From a virus, in the IMG/VR virus record IMGVR_UViG_3300003323_000540, positions 1 through 64,000 of that record: a stretch of DNA of 64,000 nt; one strand, written 5' to 3'. How positions within the stretch are numbered: the first letter of the stretch is position 1; every line of letters starts with the position of its first letter. Positions 34,209 through 41,310 of this stretch are shown here, piece by piece. Position numbers and translations under genes: made by a program. The notes beneath the pieces are model-generated. The model saw nothing but the letters and a program-made list of their open reading frames with translations, was not told where the DNA came from and did not search any database.

Positions 34209-35296
34209 AAATTTTTGTTTAAAATTTTAAGTCCGAATTCAAAATCATCAATATCTTTTTTCTCTTTTCCCCATTCCTTAAAAGTTTCAATAATATCATT
34301 ATTTGTAAGTTGAATGGAATTGTTTTGAGCTATATCAGAAGGAACAAATTCTTTTTTGATCGCTTCTACTTTTACTAATGATTGAAGTTCTGCAATAATA
34401 GGCAATTTACTATCATGTATCTCTCCAGTGATTTTAAAGCGATATTTATTTCCTTCATCTTTTACAGCTCTTACTTCTGTGAGAACAGTTCTATCTAATT
34501 CTTCTGCACTTATATCAACAGTAATGTATTGAGGAAAAGAAAAATTGAAGAATTCATATGAAGCGTCATCATAAAGGATGGTCGCACCTTTATATAAATC
34601 TTCGCCAAAATTAGCTTGATGTGTTGATCCCGTATAAACAATATGCTTTCTATTACCAATTATTTGTCTATTGTGATAATGTCCAATCAATACAAGATCA
34701 AAAGGATCAAAAATAGATTGAGTGACGCCATTTTCAACTTTACTCCCATCATTATTTTTTATTTCATTTACCCCAATATGAGTTAGAAGAACGTTTCTTC
34801 TGCTTGTAGAAATATTAAGGAGGTCGAAGTATGTTTTGTAAGTCAAAGATTCATCATAATAAGAAACGAAATGAATTCTAAGACTATCTACATCAATATG
34901 ACGTGGCATTCCAAAACAAGTAAATGCTGGATGTGAATTAAATGGATCAAGAAATGATGTGGAAATTGTGTTATCTGTTTTATCATGATTCCCCGCAATT
35001 GCTATTATTTCAATTCCTCTTTCTTTTGCAATATTTAGAATTTCAGCAAGTGCATTAAGAACTATTTGAGTTTGTCCTTTTCTTGATGTAAGTATGTCTC
35101 CGAGATGGAATATTGTTTTAATTCCTAATTTATCGCAAAGATCAAAGGCTTGGATAAAAACAGAAAAATTAACCTCTATTGTTGATTCATTGAGATGGGT
35201 ATCCGCCAAGCAGACTGCAATAGGTTGTTTCATTGTTTTGGTTTTTTGTGTAAAAATTAGGGATTTGATAAAGCTCAAATCCATAGAAAAGCTCAC
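34205..35296 (-). CDS. sbcD: SbcD/Mre11-like (T4 gp47-like) nuclease
   Basis: CLADTH, HLGDIL, AGNHD, LLTHIG and IGHYH are metallophosphoesterase motifs I-V. A likelier start is MKQPIAV at 35233. Confidence 0.75.
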   Translation of the reverse strand: MSFSMDLSFIKSLIFTQKTKTMKQPIAVCLADTHLNESTIEVNFSVFIQAFDLCDKLGIKTIFHLGDILTSRKGQTQIVLNALAEILNIAKERGIEIIAIAGNHDKTDNTISTSFLDPFNSHPAFTCFGMPRHIDVDSLRIHFVSYYDESLTYKTYFDLLNISTSRRNVLLTHIGVNEIKNNDGSKVENGVTQSIFDPFDLVLIGHYHNRQIIGNRKHIVYTGSTHQANFGEDLYKGATILYDDASYEFFNFSFPQYITVDISAEELDRTVLTEVRAVKDEGNKYRFKITGEIHDSKLPIIAELQSLVKVEAIKKEFVPSDIAQNNSIQLTNNDIIETFKEWGKEKKDIDDFEFGLKILNKNL

Positions 35297-35310
35297 CTAA
35301 ACCACTGATT

Positions 35311-36513
35311 CTATTTCTTTCCCAATCTTTGACGAATTTCATCCAAGCGAGCGGTAGAAGTTTTGGCAGTTGATTTAATTTCAACTTCTTCTTTTTGTTG
35401 TTCTTTAACCTGCTCTTCCTTCTTAACTTCTATCTTAGGAGCGGAAGTTTTGGGACTTACCGACTTTGTAACTGTTTTTGCAGCTTCTTCTTTCTTTTGC
35501 TCTTTTACCTTTCCTGGTTCTTCTTTAAAAATTTCATCAATTTCGTCTCCACTATCTTCTTTCTTTTCTGATTTGGTATCTTCTGGAATCAATCCATTAA
35601 TCTTTTCAACGATATCTAAGAAGTCATCATATTGAAATACATTAATCGGGAATCCAGCTTCTGCCATTTTAATTTCAAAATTTTGCAGACCTTCCAATTG
35701 AGATTCGAAATCCTTTCTTGTAAAGGAATTAACATAAAGCTCATGTAAAGGTTTTGAATCAATCCATTGCTCAATTTGAGCATCTGTTAAAGGACTTGTG
35801 ACATACGTTGTTGTTAATTTAGATACTCTTTGATCTAAACGAACTTTATACCAATCGGAGGCTTTTTTAGCTTCTTTAGCACGTGTAATAATTACGGCAA
35901 TACCTTCATCTGGATCACTAAAAGGATCTGGATTTTCAAGAAGGGCTGCTTGTTCAGTCATTGCGTCTTTTACCGATTTCTTAATCTCTAAGAGACCGAC
36001 TTTGCCCCAAATATGATTTCCATCAGCATCTTTTCCTTCTGCTTTGCAAGCATATACAACCCATGTATCAATTGGTTTAATACCGTTGTCCTTAGTTGCA
36101 ACGTTACCATTGATCTTATTCATAATCTTCTTAATGGTTTCATCGTCATCCGTAAAATTTGGAATAGCGGTTGCTTTAGCAAATTCAATGTATTGTTCCA
36201 CTACATCCAACTGAATACCGGCATGTACGCGAGAATTAAAGATAGGCGATCTTTTAACTTCAAATTCACCTTCAATAATTTTTTTATCTTCACCTCTTTT
36301 TGGTTTTTTAACTTCCAAATAGGAAACGCTTTTCGCCTCTGCGAATGATTTGCCGCCTCCATCTGGATGATATGGGAAAATACGAATTACATTTTCGCCA
36401 ACTTCAATTGAAAGATAGTTATTGTCGAATCTTTTGGTTCCGAATTGTTTTTCTTGAGTTTGGATTACTTCCGCTGTTGTTGCTTTGAGTCTTGATCTGT
36501 CAAATCCAGGCAT
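35311..36513 (-). CDS. candidate gp32-like ssDNA-binding protein with long K/E-rich tail
   Basis: GENVIRIFPYHP resembles T4 gp32 GQAVIRFLPSKN, with a later W..Y...... GKV block. The C-terminal 90 aa is low-complexity K/E/S. Positioned next to recombination genes. Confidence 0.4.
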   Translation of the reverse strand: MPGFDRSRLKATTAEVIQTQEKQFGTKRFDNNYLSIEVGENVIRIFPYHPDGGGKSFAEAKSVSYLEVKKPKRGEDKKIIEGEFEVKRSPIFNSRVHAGIQLDVVEQYIEFAKATAIPNFTDDDETIKKIMNKINGNVATKDNGIKPIDTWVVYACKAEGKDADGNHIWGKVGLLEIKKSVKDAMTEQAALLENPDPFSDPDEGIAVIITRAKEAKKASDWYKVRLDQRVSKLTTTYVTSPLTDAQIEQWIDSKPLHELYVNSFTRKDFESQLEGLQNFEIKMAEAGFPINVFQYDDFLDIVEKINGLIPEDTKSEKKEDSGDEIDEIFKEEPGKVKEQKKEEAAKTVTKSVSPKTSAPKIEVKKEEQVKEQQKEEVEIKSTAKTSTARLDEIRQRLGKK

Positions 36514-36554
36514 AATTGATAATTGATTAAGTTGATTTATTTAGTTTATATTGA

Positions 36555-37103
36555 TTATTTTCTACCAGTTGGGAAACTATTCTTTTGCGCTCTTATCTGT
36601 ACAGTGTTGATTGTTCCTTCCAATACTTCTTTGTCGAATTCTTCTGGAGTGATTTTTAAAGAGATTGCATTCAGTTTTTGATCTTTTGATTTTGCCGACC
36701 AATAAAGGCCATCGATTATATCAGCTTCTTTTTGAATTTTAAATAGTTTGGTTTTTTTGATTTTATATTGTGGGTCACGAATTATGGCGTTGTCAATTGC
36801 TGTTTCGGTCGCTTTCTCTCCCTTTCCAGTTAATTCTTTTTTATGCTCTTCATACTTTTGAGCTTCAAAGATTTTAAAGTCAAGCTGCTCTTCTCTCAAG
36901 AGATCATCTATTTCAGCCTTAGCCAAAGCAAGGCGATTGAAAATAACCGGAAATGTAATTATGTCGGCAATTAAATTATTGATTTGAATTTGAAGTAAAT
37001 CTTCTACGTCTATCTCTCCTGAACTGAAATCGCCTATCTTGAGCTTAAGAACTTTATTTTTTAAATGAAGTATTGTTACGTTTAATTCTTCGTCTACTTT
37101 CAC
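36555..37103 (-). CDS. hypothetical protein (GTG start; UvsY-like position)
   Basis: Has no in-frame ATG near its 5' end. Helical and charged. It sits beside the SSB candidate, but no motif is secure. Confidence 0.4.
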   Translation of the reverse strand: MKVDEELNVTILHLKNKVLKLKIGDFSSGEIDVEDLLQIQINNLIADIITFPVIFNRLALAKAEIDDLLREEQLDFKIFEAQKYEEHKKELTGKGEKATETAIDNAIIRDPQYKIKKTKLFKIQKEADIIDGLYWSAKSKDQKLNAISLKITPEEFDKEVLEGTINTVQIRAQKNSFPTGRK

Positions 37104-37170
37104 AAATTTAGATTGTTTTTGTTATTGGATTATAATGAAGGCTTTCACAAAAGTGATTGAAACTTGTGAA

Positions 37171-37374
37171 TTATAGGTATTGATTTCCTATTTCACGTTT
37201 TCTGAATTGTTTTGTTTCCTGTTCAATCATATCATTTTCAAATTTCTCCATCGTTCTTTCAGAGGATTCCATATATCCACAGGAGCATTCAAATCTTACA
37301 ATCTTAGGCTTATAATTCTTGCCTTTCTGGACTGTCTTAGGTTTCATATCGGAACCACATTCACGGCAGATCAT
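37171..37374 (-). CDS. small zinc-ribbon protein
   Basis: CRECGSD...CSCG (CxxC...CxC), 67 aa. The antisense track ORF 37180..37377 is rejected. Confidence 0.5.
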   Translation of the reverse strand: MICRECGSDMKPKTVQKGKNYKPKIVRFECSCGYMESSERTMEKFENDMIEQETKQFRKREIGNQYL

Positions 37375-37667
37375 TAGTCACAAGTTTGTTGTTCTATTGT
37401 CTTTGTTTGTCCATCCCACTTGTGCATTGAAAGTGAAATGAATGATACAGAATTGCGGAATATTTTGGTGAATGGAGTATGATTAAAGACTTTAGAATAT
37501 GCATCATTAAGAAGTATCATATCAGCTTTTAATTGTCCTTCATTAACAGTATTAACTTTGGCTAACCCTATGCAGTTTCTTTCATCAAACTCAAAATAAA
37601 CAGGTACAATTTTATCTTTTATTTCAAATTGCGAACTACCAACTATAATATCATTAAGTTGCTTCAT
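37374..37667 (-). CDS. hypothetical protein
   Basis: Minus-strand ORF with 1-nt and 4-nt overlaps. Confidence 0.5.
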   Translation of the reverse strand: MKQLNDIIVGSSQFEIKDKIVPVYFEFDERNCIGLAKVNTVNEGQLKADMILLNDAYSKVFNHTPFTKIFRNSVSFISLSMHKWDGQTKTIEQQTCD

Positions 37668-38218
37668 TCTGCTTTTGTAAACATGTTTCCAGAACGATTT
37701 ACTTTGAAACCCAATGCCTCTGTTTTATAAAGGTACTTATTGATTAATCCCGGAGTAATATGTGGGAATTTAGCGACTACCTTATTTAAGATTTCATCCA
37801 TTGAATAAGATTTTCCGTCACTAAGAAGTGTAGAAAGGAATTTGGTAATTCCATGATTCGGACGCTTTGACTTTTGCTCTCCTTCAACATTAACAGCCGT
37901 CAATACTTCTCCAGATTCATTTAGAATTTGAACAATAGTATTTAAAGGAAGTCCGGATTTCAAAGCCCAATTGGAAATTATCCCTTTTAAATCATCATAA
38001 GAAATTGTCTTTGCTGAAATTTCTTGCGCATTGCCTAGCAATAAAGATTCTGTATCTGGCAATTCTTCTGTATACTGTTCAAATGTTTGGTTTGCAATAT
38101 CCTCTTCTTTAACGGTATCAGAATACACTTCCGATTCTTTTTTAATTTCTGTAACTGGAGCTACATCTTGCTTCTTTTGAAGCCTTGCTTTTAATCTTGT
38201 TTTGAAATCTTCTTCCAT
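37664..38218 (-). CDS. hypothetical protein
   Basis: Minus-strand ORF with an acidic N-terminal half. Confidence 0.5.
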   Translation of the reverse strand: MEEDFKTRLKARLQKKQDVAPVTEIKKESEVYSDTVKEEDIANQTFEQYTEELPDTESLLLGNAQEISAKTISYDDLKGIISNWALKSGLPLNTIVQILNESGEVLTAVNVEGEQKSKRPNHGITKFLSTLLSDGKSYSMDEILNKVVAKFPHITPGLINKYLYKTEALGFKVNRSGNMFTKAE

Positions 38219-38226
38219 AAATGTTT

Positions 38227-38469
38227 TTAAAAAATCATTGAATTTGCGAATTTATTTGCAGATGCTTCTGAAAAATCTGCTATGATTAAATCAATTAAAT
38301 ATTGATCTTCTTCCATTTCAAGAATGGCAGTTTGATAATATAAATCACCATCTTTACTATGCCATGCCTGAATTCTAACATAATCATTTCCAGAATCACA
38401 ATCGCGATCTCTATAAATGCAAACTTCTTGACAAGTCTTACATCCTTTAATTTTTATTATTCTATGCAT
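38227..38469 (-). CDS. hypothetical protein
   Basis: First ORF after the terminator/promoter pair at 38470..38608. Contains CKTCQEVC. Confidence 0.5.
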   Translation of the reverse strand: MHRIIKIKGCKTCQEVCIYRDRDCDSGNDYVRIQAWHSKDGDLYYQTAILEMEEDQYLIDLIIADFSEASANKFANSMIF

Positions 38470-38501
38470 TTTACATTTGTAAGGTGGGAGTTAAATTTTA
38501 A

Positions 38502-38533
38502 CAAAGTTAATATAAGAGAATACAACAAAGCAA
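38502..38533 (-). promoter_or_regulatory. candidate promoter following a terminator
   Basis: On the minus strand: TAACTTTG (38509-38502), with TTTG at N16 (38529-38526) or TTG at N21 (38533-38531). 32 nt upstream of the ATG at 38469. Confidence 0.4.
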
Positions 38534-38534
38534 G

Positions 38535-38580
38535 AAAAATATAAAAATAAAAATGCACTGATATTTCTACCAGTGCATTT
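38535..38580 (-). terminator. Rho-independent terminator after 38609..39199
   Basis: On the minus strand: AAATGCACTG, a 10-nt loop, CAGTGCATTT (perfect 10-bp stem), then TTATTTTTATATTTTT. Confidence 0.7.
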
Positions 38581-38608
38581 AAATAAAACTTTTAAATAAT
38601 AGTCAAAG

Positions 38609-39199
38609 TTAAATTTCTGCAAGCATTGATTCATCGTGAAGAATGGCATCAAAAATTTTCTTGATTTTAAGCACAACTCTTTCATTGATTGAATCTTCAA
38701 TTTTTCTGACTGCTAATTTTTTTCTGCCTCTCTTTTTTCTTTCTATGCCAGCCCTTTCCATTGGCTTGGATAGTTTCATAAGATTTTCTTGAGAGATAGC
38801 CGGAATTGGTTCGCCCTTTTTGTTTTCCGTAATAAGTTCCGTTTTTGTCGGCTCCTTAGACGGCACTTCTTCCTGTTTCTCCAATTCAAACTTGTTCTTT
38901 CGATCTTCTTTGTAAATGCGGCCTATGTGGGTATCTACAAATAAATTTGGCTTATCTTCAAGTTTAAAAATTTGATCAATCAAATCGAGTTGAACAGATT
39001 CATTCGCCTTTGCGGTCTTAATGCCGTTCTTGTTTGAGAAAGATCCAGGCTTATTTCTGTCTTTTACCTTAACTACAAAGCGCGTAATGTGTTTTGTAAT
39101 TTTTTCAGGCTCTCTCAAAAGAATGACATTGTTGTCATAAGATTTTGAAACTAATTCTACCGCTTTTGCGATTGTCTTGGGATTTGCATTTGTTTTCAT
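38609..39199 (-). CDS. hypothetical basic protein
   Basis: First ORF after the 171-nt gap 39200..39370. Carries a KKRGRKK patch and is followed by a strong terminator. Confidence 0.55.
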   Translation of the reverse strand: MKTNANPKTIAKAVELVSKSYDNNVILLREPEKITKHITRFVVKVKDRNKPGSFSNKNGIKTAKANESVQLDLIDQIFKLEDKPNLFVDTHIGRIYKEDRKNKFELEKQEEVPSKEPTKTELITENKKGEPIPAISQENLMKLSKPMERAGIERKKRGRKKLAVRKIEDSINERVVLKIKKIFDAILHDESMLAEI

Positions 39200-39290
39200 T
39201 TTTTAGTCGTTTTAGTTTAAATGATTTGTCTTATCATTTATAACTATCGTGCCAATTTTAGAAAACGTTTTCGATTTGATTTTTCTGTAA

Positions 39291-39347
39291 AAGTTGTGGA
39301 ATTATAAACCTAAGTTGTGGAATTTTTTGTGGATAAATATACACAAC
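39291..39347. promoter_or_regulatory. DnaA-box / iteron cluster (candidate replication origin or DnaA-controlled site)
   Basis: The exact 13-mer AAGTTGTGGAATT occurs twice (39291-39303 and 39312-39324, 21-bp phasing). TGTGGATAA at 39328-39336 is the reverse complement of the perfect DnaA box TTATCCACA. The abutting ATATACACA at 39337-39345 is an 8/9 box in the opposite orientation. Confidence 0.45.
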
Positions 39348-39370
39348 GGTATATATCAGCTAGTTATAAG

Positions 39371-39895
39371 TTAAATTGAAAGGGCAACTTTAACGTGATC
39401 ATGAGGCTTTGTTAGCTTACCATCTGAATTATGCAAGATAGTTCTGCCATTGCGCTCCAATATCTTGGCATTTACTAAATTATTCTTAGCAATGGTTTCA
39501 TTGGCATGATCTGCGTTTCTATGAGCTTTATTCATATTGTTTGCATGAACTTGATCAAAAGCCTTATCAAACACATGTTGCAATCCAGAACTTAATATTT
39601 TTCCATTCAAAACGTATTGAATATCCGCAAGTGCATCCAGTTCCTCCACTTTATCAACATTGTCACCATCCTGAACATCAAGCCACCCTGTAGTATTTTT
39701 TTCTGACTCTATGATACATAAATTTCTAAATGTCTCACGTACATCACCCGCTTCTGCCAATTCAGCAAGCTCTTCAAATAGAAGCTTAATTCTAAGTTGT
39801 CGCGTTTTAAGAGGCTCTACATGGCTTGAATCAGCTCCAATAGGATGTTCAAATGTTTCATGAAACTCCAGTACTTTTTTGATTGAATCGTTCAT
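39371..39895 (-). CDS. MazG-like nucleoside triphosphate pyrophosphohydrolase
   Basis: LKTRQLRIKLLFEELAELAEA carries an EExxE motif and ELDALADIQYVLNG an E..D motif, typical of the all-alpha NTP-PPase fold. Confidence 0.6.
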   Translation of the reverse strand: MNDSIKKVLEFHETFEHPIGADSSHVEPLKTRQLRIKLLFEELAELAEAGDVRETFRNLCIIESEKNTTGWLDVQDGDNVDKVEELDALADIQYVLNGKILSSGLQHVFDKAFDQVHANNMNKAHRNADHANETIAKNNLVNAKILERNGRTILHNSDGKLTKPHDHVKVALSI

Positions 39896-40140
39896 TTTAT
39901 TTTTATTTTAGTTAAAATTGTTTTTGCAATATTTCCGTTAAAAAATCTTCTGATAGCATACGATCTAGCCACAGATATCAAAGTAAATAATAATGTAGAC
40001 CATCCAGCTTGAGATGGAGACATGTGTATGCCACATATCCAATTTACAACAGGCAGTATCGATATCGTTATTAAAAACCCTATCGAGGTATTAACGCACG
40101 CCTCTAATAAAGACTCTAATTTAGATTGCTTCATCGCCAA
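39892..40140 (-). CDS. small two-TM membrane protein
   Basis: Hydrophobic segments SIGFLITISILPVVNWICGI and WSTLLFTLISVA. Confidence 0.5.
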   Translation of the reverse strand: MAMKQSKLESLLEACVNTSIGFLITISILPVVNWICGIHMSPSQAGWSTLLFTLISVARSYAIRRFFNGNIAKTILTKIKIK

Positions 40141-40615
40141 ATATAAATTTTACTTTCCTTTCCAGATCTTCCAACGTTCCATTGTTAATGATAATAAAAT
40201 CTGATTTGCTCCAAATATCGATATTGAAAGAATCGCTGGATTCCAAATCCTTGCGTGGATCAAAAACTCCTATCACAACATCAAAGACTTTATTTTGAAC
40301 ACAAATCTCACACTCCTCATTACTTCTCATTCCAACGTAAATATCAGAGTCTTTCATGATCTCCCTGGCAAGCCTAGACTTATCCTCTTTATTAAAGTCA
40401 CAAATCAAATCATGCCACTCCTTTCTCCTATTCACGCGATCATCAAAGCATTCCTTAAAATCTTTATATCCGTATTTTTCTTTTAAATAATCAAATATGA
40501 ATATTCTTGCAGCGGCCATTGAAGAGCTTTCAAAATTATAGCCAGTTAACTTTTGAATCATTTCTGCAACCGTGTCTTTGCCATGCCTAGCATGGCCTAT
40601 TAAAAGTATGTTCAT
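40121..40615 (-). CDS. P-loop kinase, phage dNMP-kinase-like
   Basis: N-terminal ILLIGHARHGKDTVAEMI is a GxxxxGKD P-loop, as in T5-type deoxynucleoside monophosphate kinases. Confidence 0.55.
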   Translation of the reverse strand: MNILLIGHARHGKDTVAEMIQKLTGYNFESSSMAAARIFIFDYLKEKYGYKDFKECFDDRVNRRKEWHDLICDFNKEDKSRLAREIMKDSDIYVGMRSNEECEICVQNKVFDVVIGVFDPRKDLESSDSFNIDIWSKSDFIIINNGTLEDLERKVKFIFGDEAI

Positions 40616-40830
40616 TTTATATAAGGATTGTGTTTTAGTGTTGGGAGTTTAACCAAAAGACCTTCTTTTGATTCTTTGTGGACGTATAGTTTATAGTATT
40701 CGTTATAATCTTCTAAATCATAATCATTGTGATCTATTTTTTCTTCATAATGTTTTTCTGAAATGACCCATGTAACATGTGTTCTACTACCATTGAAAGG
40801 ATTTTGCCAGTGCTGATTTTGCTTACGCAT
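40612..40830 (-). CDS. hypothetical protein
   Basis: Minus-strand ORF with 4- and 8-nt overlaps. Confidence 0.5.
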   Translation of the reverse strand: MRKQNQHWQNPFNGSRTHVTWVISEKHYEEKIDHNDYDLEDYNEYYKLYVHKESKEGLLVKLPTLKHNPYIK

Positions 40831-41302
40831 TTACTATGTTCTTAGATTTTTGTTTAATTTTATTATAGAGATAGCTTACTATCTGTTGAGACTTTCCTAA
40901 TTCATTCGATATTTCAATTTGATTGTATCCTTGAATCAATAAATCAAAAACTTCTTTGCGCTCATTTGTCAAAGAATTTTCAAGTTCATTTTTTATCTCT
41001 GAAAAAATAAATTCTTTCTCTGGATTGTAATGATTTAACAAACCAACTTCATCTACTTTCTCAACATCAAAATATTGAATGTCATAGCTAACGCCTTCTT
41101 TCATGAATTTGCTTTTGCTTATGGATCTTTCATATAGCTTCTGCCATCTAATAGCTCTTTTAATTGTCCCTATATGCTCCAAAAGGAGGTCATTGCCTTT
41201 TTGTTCGTACCATCTAATCCAAGCATTGTGAACTAAATCTCTTCCTTCTGTATTCCAATCTATCATGCAGGCGTATCTTACCGCCTCTGTATATTTATTC
41301 AC
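40823..41302 (-). CDS. small ECF-like sigma factor / sigma-70 region-4 HTH protein
   Basis: DLVHNAWIRWYEQ is region-2-like. ERKEVFDLLIQGYNQIEISNELGKSQQIVSYLYNKIKQK is a region-4.2-type HTH. 159 aa. Confidence 0.5.
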   Translation of the reverse strand: MNKYTEAVRYACMIDWNTEGRDLVHNAWIRWYEQKGNDLLLEHIGTIKRAIRWQKLYERSISKSKFMKEGVSYDIQYFDVEKVDEVGLLNHYNPEKEFIFSEIKNELENSLTNERKEVFDLLIQGYNQIEISNELGKSQQIVSYLYNKIKQKSKNIVNA

Positions 41303-41310
41303 AAATATTT

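Noticed and set aside
37104-37170. Inverted repeat TTCACAA-N13-TTGTGAA after 37171..37374 as a terminator
   Set aside because: The 7-bp stem is AT-rich with a 13-nt loop and is not followed by a T-tract on the minus strand. The evidence is too weak to call.
38491-38700. 69-aa minus-strand ORF
   Set aside because: It overlaps the 3' end of 38609..39199 in another frame and runs through the strong terminator hairpin at 38551..38580 and the promoter-like region. It is most likely non-coding.
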